This document shows, one piece after another, positions 8,723-17,243 of a stretch of 64,000 nucleotides of DNA. How positions within the stretch are numbered: position 1 is the stretch's first letter; each line of letters starts with the position of its first letter. The stretch lies in IMG/VR virus record IMGVR_UViG_2883475777_000001; one strand, given 5' to 3'. The position numbers and the translations under genes were made by a program. The DNA comes from a virus (Duplodnaviria > Caudoviricetes). The notes under the pieces are model-generated. The model was not told the DNA's origin. It did not search any database and was given only the letters and a program-made list of their open reading frames with translations.

Positions 8723-11700
8723 CTAGGGATCTAACAACAGTGCTCGTCGGAAAGCTTCTCGATTGGAAGAATTTGAGTCAGCGGCTGCAACGATTGCGGT
8801 AGCAGTCAGAAAATCTAAACCGTTTCCTAAGGAACCGGCTTTGCTCAATGTGTCTTCAATATTTGGGCGAATTGCCCAGCGAAAATCACAATCCCATCCA
8901 CCGGCGACACCATGATGCGGGAACTCAGTAGGTGCATTGGAAAGCAACTCAATAGTCTCTGCAAACTCGTCAGACTGTGAGTTGACGCCTAGAAAGCTGT
9001 GCGCGAGCGCCAGCAGCATGGCATCTTGCTCCCTGTGTGCCACTGAGAGTGCGTCGAGAATCGGCCCGCGAAGACCTGAAGTCGCGGCGGCAACTATTCT
9101 CCACGGATATGCCGGGGCAGGTTGCGGTCTAGCGACAGCAAACCACGCACTATCCCCGTTTGAAGGAACAGAGACAGCGGTTGCTTCGATCGGATCAACC
9201 TGCAGGGTCGTATTCTGATCAGCTACCACTGGGAGTGAGATCAAAAAATCATCGACTGCGATGCTTGGTCCATCATCATCGCGGAGCCACGTCAGTCCGC
9301 AACGGGTTGGCTCGGAAAGGCCTATCGGGGCGTCGTCATCAAATACAATCACTTCCTCATCGTCGACAATGACGACTACCTGTCTCAACGTTGCAACGAC
9401 CCGAATTGTATGGTCGCGGCCTACTTCGACTAAGTAGGGTACCGACGTCACTTCTGCCCGTGTTCCAGCATCAATTCGCCACAGATGCACGCGAGAATAC
9501 GAACGTCCGATACTAATCGTTGCCTCATAATAGCTTGCATACTGGGGAGGGCCACCGGTGGCTCGTACGATGACGCCCTGGGTCGCGTAACCCTCATGTG
9601 AGTCGTCCTCCCAGTCGTTTCTTACAATCACCTCACACGAGTAGTTGCTTCCAGTGATAGGTTGTCTGAACAACAAGAGTCCTTCCCCAGAGGATGCTGC
9701 CAACCGACCACGACTCGTTTCAGAGCTGCCCGTTTCCTGGCGCCATTGAAGGCCGGGACCCGTGTCATCCCGGTTAAACTGATCAACCAATGTCGATTGA
9801 AAATGAGGGACTTCAAGAATTTGGCTGGTGCCATCGTTCAAACCAACTACTGCATATTTTGCGTTTGGTGATGACGCGACCGATGTAACCGCAACGTCGG
9901 GCTTCGGGCGAATGCCAGCAAATCGAACACCGTTTTCCAGATTCCAAAAAGAAAGAGCATCATCATGTGCCAAAATACATAAGATGCCGAGGCGTCGATC
10001 GCGGTCAATCGGCGGCACTATGGTAGTTACAGGGCCGATGGTCCCCGCTCCGCCAGCAGCACTTGAAACTGCGTTAAACGCCTGACCTACGGTATTGCCG
10101 ACGCCAGTCACGGTGTCGCCCGATACCGCCCAAGTGATTTCAGTGAATGCCGGGATCGTTGAGGCCTCAAGAGCTTGCATAAGTGAACTAGCGGTGTCAT
10201 TCACGCCTGTGCCGGAACCAGCCGTCGATACGTCTTGACCATCAATGCTAATCGTGTAGGCGGTATCTGAATCGTCAGCGGTGATTTGAACCGTAGATAC
10301 TTGGGCTCGGTAATCAGGGACCTCAACGAAGCCGCATGATGCGATCGTGGAATCGATAGAAACCGGTTCACGACTTACATCGGTAGACTCGTAATCCCAA
10401 ACTCGAACATTTCCGTTCGCACTAGCGGACACGACGGAAAAAGCGGATGTCGCGATTCCCGGGACAAGAACTCGAAGTGCCATTATGTCAGCGGCATGCG
10501 CTTCCCATCCCTTTTCTTCGACTTCTGCGTCGATGTCCCAACTCCGAATATGGCGATCTCGCCCTCCCGACAACAGTAAGGGGCGTGTCGCTTCATCTTC
10601 CGGGACTTCCCGCCAAGCGAGACACAGCGTACCACCAGGGTGTCCAACCAGGCTCACTTCATTGCCACCACCGTCAGCGCGAAACACCAAAATGTGCCCG
10701 GCATCCGTCCCAGCAGCAACTAGGACACCGTCCGGACTGAAAGTTATGGATCGAATCGCGCCTCCAGCGCAATCGACGCTGTGCAGATCTCCACCCGTCT
10801 CAATATCGCGTATCCGCACGATTCCATCATCATGCCCTGACGCGAGAACGTTCTCCGCAGTTGGTGAAAACGCCAGACAAGGCGCACCGCCCACGCCTTC
10901 AACGCTAAGCCGCAAGGCCGCACTTCCGTCAGCAAGTCGAAACACTTGAACATTAGATGATTCTGGTGACGCGCGACCGTCGCTGACTTCGTGAACAAGA
11001 GCGTTGGGGGTCAATGTCAAATGAAGTCGCTCACCTCCTACATCAATTGGAACGTCGGGAATCTCGACGTCAAATGAGTAGGTATCTGTAATCTGGATTG
11101 TGATAGTCTGGGACGGGAAGACAAGGTTGTGATCACCGACTACATTTGCCAATCGGATGTCGATTTTGCAGACTCGCGGCGACAGGGACGTCGCATCGAA
11201 CGATCTTCTCCCAAGTCGTTCCCAAAGCGCCGTTGCCAGGCTGAGTGTGGAATCCGAGCTCAGTGATGGTCCATCTAGCCACGCATCCAGCTGCGTTGCT
11301 AAATAATCTCGCAAGTTCCCCGCGAGGAATGTGTCTACATCGTGCCGGATTCGAAGGATTACATCCCGTAGCCATACTTTGGGAAACTGGATACGTAGAA
11401 CACGAACAGTTTCTTCCGAGAGTACGACACATGCTTCTCGAAGTACATTGGCTGCTATTCTTGCAGCGACGTCCGTCAGTATCTGGGCAACGAGCGAAGC
11501 GCGGTCAAAGCCACCATCAAATTCCCGGATAAAGCCCGCCAATTGATCGACATGAAAATCTGCCAATTCATCTTCTGCATTGGTGTTCTTTATCTCAGCA
11601 GTCAATTGCGCTAAGGGGAGCGCGGTGCCAAACGCAAATGGGCCAGACACAACGTCTGAACCGTCACTACGACGAATTCTATATCGCGCTGCCCCTAGGA

Positions 11701-12415
11701 AGCGGTTGATGGCTTGCACTCGTTCGTCGATCTCGGAGATCAGGTCGTCATACACTCCTTCGCCTCGCGCAAGAGTGCGTCTTGCGAAGACCAACGTAGC
11801 GACAAGCCCTGCATAGTCTCCTGCGGACGGTTCAAGCGGTCGAGCTGTGTCCGGATCTCCCAGCCAATTGCAGTAGTTTGCTGTAAGGTCTCCTTGAGCG
11901 TTTGCAGTTGAGTCGTCGACAGTGTCAGCTCGCAACATGTAACCCCAGCCCATGGCAGGGAGAGCATCTGGTTCACCGTATCCCTTAGTAATCGATCCCA
12001 GTCTACGAAGCGCGCGAAGAATCCTAACTGCTAAATCGACCGGCTCGTGGTCGTTCGTGATGATCGCTTCTGATGCGAACGCGAGAACTGCCAGCGCTGA
12101 ATGCAAAAGAGAATACTCATGCTCTATCCCAAGAAGCCCTTCTATCTCAAGTCGATCTGGATCAGTTGCTTGGCCGATGAGTCGCGTTGCGCACACCGAA
12201 CGAGCTGGATAGTCCACGGGGTCACCAGCATCCTCACCTTCCCAGCGCAAGAACGGCACTAATTCACCACGTCGTGCCCAGCGGAGATTGGGAGGGTCGG
12301 CACGATTGCATTCGTGCTCATCTGCAACATCCGAAAGTGGCCCCACCGGTCCCAGCAGCAATCTCTCGCGATACCTCGCATATAATTCTAGCCACTCCTG
12401 TTGAGAGATAATCAT
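8723..12415 (-). CDS. Large multidomain protein: shared paralog core + WD40 repeats + inserted phage-structural-like segment + ConA/lectin-like domain
   Basis: WD40 motifs LASGHDDGIVRIRD, LLSGGRDRHIRSWD, VSASANGNVRVWD; beta-sandwich region after DQFNRDD; ATG 12415 overlaps the upstream stop (ATGA). Confidence 0.7.
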   Translation of the reverse strand: MIISQQEWLELYARYRERLLLGPVGPLSDVADEHECNRADPPNLRWARRGELVPFLRWEGEDAGDPVDYPARSVCATRLIGQATDPDRLEIEGLLGIEHEYSLLHSALAVLAFASEAIITNDHEPVDLAVRILRALRRLGSITKGYGEPDALPAMGWGYMLRADTVDDSTANAQGDLTANYCNWLGDPDTARPLEPSAGDYAGLVATLVFARRTLARGEGVYDDLISEIDERVQAINRFLGAARYRIRRSDGSDVVSGPFAFGTALPLAQLTAEIKNTNAEDELADFHVDQLAGFIREFDGGFDRASLVAQILTDVAARIAANVLREACVVLSEETVRVLRIQFPKVWLRDVILRIRHDVDTFLAGNLRDYLATQLDAWLDGPSLSSDSTLSLATALWERLGRRSFDATSLSPRVCKIDIRLANVVGDHNLVFPSQTITIQITDTYSFDVEIPDVPIDVGGERLHLTLTPNALVHEVSDGRASPESSNVQVFRLADGSAALRLSVEGVGGAPCLAFSPTAENVLASGHDDGIVRIRDIETGGDLHSVDCAGGAIRSITFSPDGVLVAAGTDAGHILVFRADGGGNEVSLVGHPGGTLCLAWREVPEDEATRPLLLSGGRDRHIRSWDIDAEVEEKGWEAHAADIMALRVLVPGIATSAFSVVSASANGNVRVWDYESTDVSREPVSIDSTIASCGFVEVPDYRAQVSTVQITADDSDTAYTISIDGQDVSTAGSGTGVNDTASSLMQALEASTIPAFTEITWAVSGDTVTGVGNTVGQAFNAVSSAAGGAGTIGPVTTIVPPIDRDRRLGILCILAHDDALSFWNLENGVRFAGIRPKPDVAVTSVASSPNAKYAVVGLNDGTSQILEVPHFQSTLVDQFNRDDTGPGLQWRQETGSSETSRGRLAASSGEGLLLFRQPITGSNYSCEVIVRNDWEDDSHEGYATQGVIVRATGGPPQYASYYEATISIGRSYSRVHLWRIDAGTRAEVTSVPYLVEVGRDHTIRVVATLRQVVVIVDDEEVIVFDDDAPIGLSEPTRCGLTWLRDDDGPSIAVDDFLISLPVVADQNTTLQVDPIEATAVSVPSNGDSAWFAVARPQPAPAYPWRIVAAATSGLRGPILDALSVAHREQDAMLLALAHSFLGVNSQSDEFAETIELLSNAPTEFPHHGVAGGWDCDFRWAIRPNIEDTLSKAGSLGNGLDFLTATAIVAAADSNSSNREAFRRALLLDP

Positions 12416-12768
12416 GTCGCGCCCAACTCGTCGCACTGGTTCAGTGATGATAGGTGTGGGTCTGTCTCAAACCCTCTATCAACTAATTCGATGTGAATCG
12501 CGCCCTGCAACCCAGCCGCGTCTGCAACGATAGAAATAGACACCTCACGCGATGCGCTTGAGCGAAGTGCAACACCAAATAGTGAATTCTTTGAGACGGC
12601 ACTCGCTCCAGGTGTTGGTTGGTCTACTCCACCATCACCAACAGTAATCATTCCGCTTCCGCTCGAGCACTGTACATATGCCCAACCGAAAATCGCCGAG
12701 TTGCCCAGCCGCGGATTGAGCTTAACGGAATAAGTTTCACCTGCAGAGAGCTGAATTGGTAGTCGCAT
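12412..12768 (-). CDS. Hypothetical protein
   Basis: 118-aa ORF translationally coupled to the 1230-aa gene. Confidence 0.55.
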   Translation of the reverse strand: MRLPIQLSAGETYSVKLNPRLGNSAIFGWAYVQCSSGSGMITVGDGGVDQPTPGASAVSKNSLFGVALRSSASREVSISIVADAAGLQGAIHIELVDRGFETDPHLSSLNQCDELGAT

Positions 12769-12778
12769 ACGTGATTCC

Positions 12779-13288
12779 TTAAGCGTCGATCTTCCGTTCG
12801 CCGAGTAGGACGATTACATTGGCCTGTTTGTATGGGGGCACAGCAACGTCCTTCAAATCAATCTTGAGCGGATCATCTGTGTCGTCAGCTGCACTTACAA
12901 GCGAAAAGCGAAAGTCGGCGGCAGCATCCAGTCGGTTGGTAAATACAGCACTCAGCGCCACGCGCTTAGAGAACGCAATCTCAGATTTAGGGACTCTAAA
13001 CACAAACGTACCTGCGGAATCAGATCGCGCGGGTGACCGAAAGTACGGATCCGGTTCAAACCGAATGATTTTCGTCGGTGCGTCGGTAAACGCCTCGTGG
13101 GAATAATAGGATTCACCGTTTCCGGGAGTCCTCGACCCATCGGCGACGCTAGCCACGATTGGCCCGCCTGAGAATCGAACAGTGACAACGTACTCCAACC
13201 CGGCTGAAGTATCCTCAGTGATTCGATACAGCCAAATCCGTTCGCTGGCAGCATCCGCGCCGTCTAATACCGGGTCGAGCAGTGGCAT
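12779..13288 (-). CDS. Hypothetical protein
   Basis: 169-aa ATG-started ORF, first gene of the 6.0-13.3 kb operon. Confidence 0.55.
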   Translation of the reverse strand: MPLLDPVLDGADAASERIWLYRITEDTSAGLEYVVTVRFSGGPIVASVADGSRTPGNGESYYSHEAFTDAPTKIIRFEPDPYFRSPARSDSAGTFVFRVPKSEIAFSKRVALSAVFTNRLDAAADFRFSLVSAADDTDDPLKIDLKDVAVPPYKQANVIVLLGERKIDA

Positions 13289-13461
13289 TTCTAAACTCCG
13301 CAGGACAATTACATCTGATTGTTCAGGACCTGTTTTGAGAAGGACCAGACTCCCAACAGTGTTCGAAGTCGAGACGTATTTTAGCCGATGGCGGCCAAAT
13401 CGCTAGCACGCGACGCAAATTGCCTATTCTGCCTGCTGCTGGCCGCGCCAATTGTAATCAA

Positions 13462-14181
13462 TCAAAGCAACTTCCATTCCCTATTCAGTGAGTCGGACGT
13501 CGCCACCCAGGGCGTCCGATGGTTCGCGCGATACCACTCGGGCGTCCGGTTGTTCTCACCCTTTTCGTAGCCGATGTTCTGGATGCGGCTGAGGATCGGG
13601 AACACCTCGCGGCGCGTGCGACGGTACTGGGATCGGAACTGGCACGTGAAGCACTTTCGGTTGCGGAAGCACCAATTGACGATCAGCCACGTCAATCGCG
13701 ATCGGTCGACCGCCCATCCCCACGGTGTCCAGATCGGGCGTGTGTCGCAGACATGGGAGCGGTCAACGCTTGGCTCGGTCTTCGGTTTGTTGTAACCGGA
13801 CGCGAGCAGAATCTGATGGCCGTCCGACGACTTTACGTCGGGGATCAGCAGATCACGAACGGCCCAGTCGAAATAGCGGAGCGCGTCGGGACTGAGAACG
13901 GTGTCGTCTTCGAGGTGAACCATCACGTCGGCCCGTAGGTTGAATGCGCGGAGCACCGCCTCGTGCGTGTTCTTGTTCAGCCCAAGTCGCTTCTCGTTGA
14001 CGACCAGACGCATCTCGCAGGCATCCCACTCGCGAAAAGCAGCAATGACTTCTTCGTTGCCGGGTTCGACGTTCGGCAGCAACAGCCAGTCGGCGATCCC
14101 GTCGCACTTCGCCAGCGAGGCTAACACTTCGCGCGTGTACGCCGGCCGGCGATATGACGTCATCGTGATTACGCGGAGCAT
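13462..14181 (-). CDS. GT-A fold glycosyltransferase
   Basis: MTSYRRPAYTREVLASL start and VHLEDDTVLSPD acidic motif. Confidence 0.7.
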   Translation of the reverse strand: MLRVITMTSYRRPAYTREVLASLAKCDGIADWLLLPNVEPGNEEVIAAFREWDACEMRLVVNEKRLGLNKNTHEAVLRAFNLRADVMVHLEDDTVLSPDALRYFDWAVRDLLIPDVKSSDGHQILLASGYNKPKTEPSVDRSHVCDTRPIWTPWGWAVDRSRLTWLIVNWCFRNRKCFTCQFRSQYRRTRREVFPILSRIQNIGYEKGENNRTPEWYRANHRTPWVATSDSLNREWKLL

Positions 14182-14183
14182 AG

Positions 14184-14795
14184 CTATTCATCCTTGTGCA
14201 CGTAGATGGCGTCCTGGTGCGTAGAGTGCCGGTTGTAGTCGGCCACACGGACGTAGCCTTGCTTTGTCAGGAATGCATCGAGCGCCTTCGGATCACACCA
14301 GTCAGTGGCCGGGCAGTGTCCACCGCGACGCTCTTCGAGATTGATCCAGCGAACGCGGCCAGACGCGAGTAGCCGACGGCCACTCCGCAAGGCAGATAGT
14401 TCGCTCCCCTCGATGTCGAGCCACAGGAGGATGCGCTCCTGCTCACCCATGTTCACGTCAAACCGGTCGAGCGTCCAAACCTCGACCTGGCAAGTGGCGT
14501 TGGCATAAGGCACCGGCAGAAGGCTGCAGCACTTCAGGTCGTGCGTTGGCACGTGGAGCGTGGCAGCCCCCTCGTTTTCGCCGATCGCAACCCTGGCCAG
14601 CGGGCCAGGAAAGTCCGCATCGAGCAGTTTCTCGTGCTGGACCGGATGTGGTTCGCAACCAAACACATGCATGGCTGAGTATTTGCGACTCAGCGTTCGC
14701 CATTCGGTTTTTGGTCCAACACCGATGTCGTAGAGCGCGCCAGGGACGCCATGAATGAAACGGCAGATAACGGATTCATACTGTTGTTGGTTCAT
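14184..14795 (-). CDS. FkbM-family methyltransferase
   Basis: LYDIGVG SAM-binding motif, VFGCEPHP, LWLDIEGSEL; likely start MNQQQYE at 14795. Confidence 0.8.
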   Translation of the reverse strand: MNQQQYESVICRFIHGVPGALYDIGVGPKTEWRTLSRKYSAMHVFGCEPHPVQHEKLLDADFPGPLARVAIGENEGAATLHVPTHDLKCCSLLPVPYANATCQVEVWTLDRFDVNMGEQERILLWLDIEGSELSALRSGRRLLASGRVRWINLEERRGGHCPATDWCDPKALDAFLTKQGYVRVADYNRHSTHQDAIYVHKDE

Positions 14796-15504
14796 CTTCA
14801 GCCTCCTTGAGTTCCGCGTTCGCCAGCCGCAACCAATCGGCATCCCAGCGTGGCTTCACCTTCTCGATCCGCTGCGCCGGTGCTTGTCCGAGCCGTTCGT
14901 AACCGTTCGCGCCCATCGCCGAGATATGCGTCGAGTGCGCGGTGAACCAGCGATAGACATAGCTGGGACGTGGGTCGTACTGGATCGGGTCGGCACGACG
15001 CAGCTTGGCGGCCTTGAAACGCCGCAACAGTCCCTGGTCCTGGCCGCTTTGGATGAACGGGTAGCCTCCAACCCGCTCGAATGCCTCTCGGCGGAACGAC
15101 CACGCGCCGTGAAACAGGTACTGGTTCGACTTCCGCTGCACTCGGTTTCGCTTGTCGTTGTAGATGACCGTGGGAATCGTATAGTCTGCCTCGGCCAACA
15201 CAGCGGCCGCTGCGGTCATGTGCCACGGCAGGTAAACGTCGTCGTCATCCCACACGCAGTAGGCGTCAATGTTTGGGGACACCAGTCCGGCGCTGGCGTT
15301 GCGCTTTTCGCCCAACGTGCGGAACCGAAACGGAAGGGATACGATCCGCCAGCCGTCACCTTCCTGGTTCTCGTACTGGCCGGCATCGTCCAGCACAATC
15401 AGTTCGCGGAGGTCTGCCGGGTAGTCCTGACGCAGGAAGCACTCAATGGCGGTCGCCAGTTCGTTGGGGCGTTTATATGTGCAGCAAATCGCGGCCAGCT
15501 TCAT
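14776..15504 (-). CDS. GT2-family glycosyltransferase
   Basis: ICCTYKRP, LIVLDD, WDDDDVYLP, FERVGGY, GQD motifs. Confidence 0.85.
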   Translation of the reverse strand: MKLAAICCTYKRPNELATAIECFLRQDYPADLRELIVLDDAGQYENQEGDGWRIVSLPFRFRTLGEKRNASAGLVSPNIDAYCVWDDDDVYLPWHMTAAAAVLAEADYTIPTVIYNDKRNRVQRKSNQYLFHGAWSFRREAFERVGGYPFIQSGQDQGLLRRFKAAKLRRADPIQYDPRPSYVYRWFTAHSTHISAMGANGYERLGQAPAQRIEKVKPRWDADWLRLANAELKEAEDEPTTV

Positions 15505-16180
15505 GCCGTTCTCCTTTCAACCAGGCTTCGCAGGCGCGAAGCAACCGTGTGCGATGTGCGACGTGGCCCTTCCAGTTGCGACCGTGGATCGAGTGCGGCG
15601 CGGGCAATTCGTTCACGGCGACGCGGTGGACCCGATTGAGTCGGCCCGATTCGCTCATGGCGACGTAGCTGAAGATGATGTCCTCACCGTTGCCGGCCGG
15701 CTTGCCACCTTGCTGCACGTTGGCGAACGCAGGGGCGACCTGAAAGAACTGCGAGGCGTAGCGGCGATGGGCGACGAGAACGCGGGTCAGCACGATAGGC
15801 GACTCGGTGTCGCCGCCAATGTTGCGGGCATACGAGCCATCGGGTTTCGGCGCACGACCGAAGACTCCGTGGATGATGCCGAAGTCGTCGTGCCACGCAT
15901 CGACAAGCGTGCGTAGCGATTCGGCCGGCAATTCAAGATCGTCGTCTTGAATCAACACGCAATCGTTGGTGGCCAGGCACGCGGTCGCAAACCGCGTGTA
16001 GAGTCCCATGTCCTGCGCCGCGTTGACCACGTTGGCCCACTGGTGGCGAAACGTCGCGGCCGGGTTGTTGTTCCAGACAATGGCCTCGGTCACGATGCCG
16101 CTCGCCTGCCAGCCCGACAGGATACGGGCCACGTTCGTCGGTCGCTTCCAATTCAGAATGACGCCGGTGACGTTGTTCAT
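15473..16180 (-). CDS. GT-A glycosyltransferase, GT64/EXTL-like
   Basis: VILNWKR, IVWNN, LIQDDDL, NGEDIIFSY motifs. Confidence 0.65.
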   Translation of the reverse strand: MNNVTGVILNWKRPTNVARILSGWQASGIVTEAIVWNNNPAATFRHQWANVVNAAQDMGLYTRFATACLATNDCVLIQDDDLELPAESLRTLVDAWHDDFGIIHGVFGRAPKPDGSYARNIGGDTESPIVLTRVLVAHRRYASQFFQVAPAFANVQQGGKPAGNGEDIIFSYVAMSESGRLNRVHRVAVNELPAPHSIHGRNWKGHVAHRTRLLRACEAWLKGERHEAGRDLLHI

Positions 16181-17229
16181 GCGGCCGCCCTCCGTTCGGT
16201 GTTGATGGCTTCAAAAAGGCGTTTCCAGCCGGCCCACAGCACGTTGGGACTGGCCAATTCGTTGACGAGCCGCTCGCGAGCGGCGTTGATGATTCGCATC
16301 CGCAGCGTTTCGTCATAAGCGAGCACGGCGGTGTGGTGGGCCAGTTCCTCGTCGCAACTGCCGAGAAAGCCGGTCACGCCATGCTCGATCATTTCGCGCC
16401 AGCCCCAATCATTCTGGGCGACCACAGCCACGCCTGCGGCCATCGCCTCCAGCCCGACACGAGGCCAGTTCTCGCGAGCGCCGCCATTGACGGGCAACGT
16501 GCAGTGCAACTGGCGGAAGTAATCGTGCGCGGGCAAAGCCATCGGCTTCAGGCAATCAGCCCACTCCGGCGGTGCGCCGAGCTTTTGATGCGTCCGTTCG
16601 TCCATGCCGAGCATCAGCGCCCGCTTGTTGCGGTACTGGATGCGGTTGTAGATGGGCCAGGTGTTACTCGACCACTTATCGAGGTCAGGCCGTGCGGCTC
16701 GGCCAACGACAATTGCTTCACCATCGGCGTGCGGCCGCGGGTTAAACTCCCACTCCTCGAAGTCGAACGCGCCGCGAATCAGATTACCGAGTCCTGGGGT
16801 GTAGCCGAGCTTCGTCAGTTCCGGCTCGAGCATCGATCGCTGGAATTCGGACTGGAACACAAAGGCGTCGAACGGACCGGACTCGCGATAAAACTTTCGC
16901 TCCGCATCGAACAGCCAGGTCATGCAGTTAACCCATGCCAGTCGGCAGCCAAGTTCGCGCAGGCGTTTCGCATTGGCCAGAAACGCCGCATTGCAGAAGC
17001 TAACCACCGTCGCACCGGCCAAACCGGGCACCTGATCGAGCGTTTCCGGCGTCGCAGTATGCGTCGTACAACCCAGCGCGTCGACGCGGGATCGCCACTT
17101 GGCGTCGGTCCCCCAAGTCGCGATCAGGTGAACGTCAGCATCGAATCGTCGCCACAGTTTGACCGTGTGCCAGGCCTCGGTGCATGCGCCGCCGAGGTCG
17201 CCCGGATAACCCATCAGAAATACTCGCAT
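16177..17229 (-). CDS. GT4 (GT-B) glycosyltransferase
   Basis: ENWPRVGLEAMAAG (EX7E), EMIEHGVTGFL. Confidence 0.85.
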   Translation of the reverse strand: MRVFLMGYPGDLGGACTEAWHTVKLWRRFDADVHLIATWGTDAKWRSRVDALGCTTHTATPETLDQVPGLAGATVVSFCNAAFLANAKRLRELGCRLAWVNCMTWLFDAERKFYRESGPFDAFVFQSEFQRSMLEPELTKLGYTPGLGNLIRGAFDFEEWEFNPRPHADGEAIVVGRAARPDLDKWSSNTWPIYNRIQYRNKRALMLGMDERTHQKLGAPPEWADCLKPMALPAHDYFRQLHCTLPVNGGARENWPRVGLEAMAAGVAVVAQNDWGWREMIEHGVTGFLGSCDEELAHHTAVLAYDETLRMRIINAARERLVNELASPNVLWAGWKRLFEAINTERRAAA

Positions 17230-17243
17230 CGTTGTCTGCTCCG

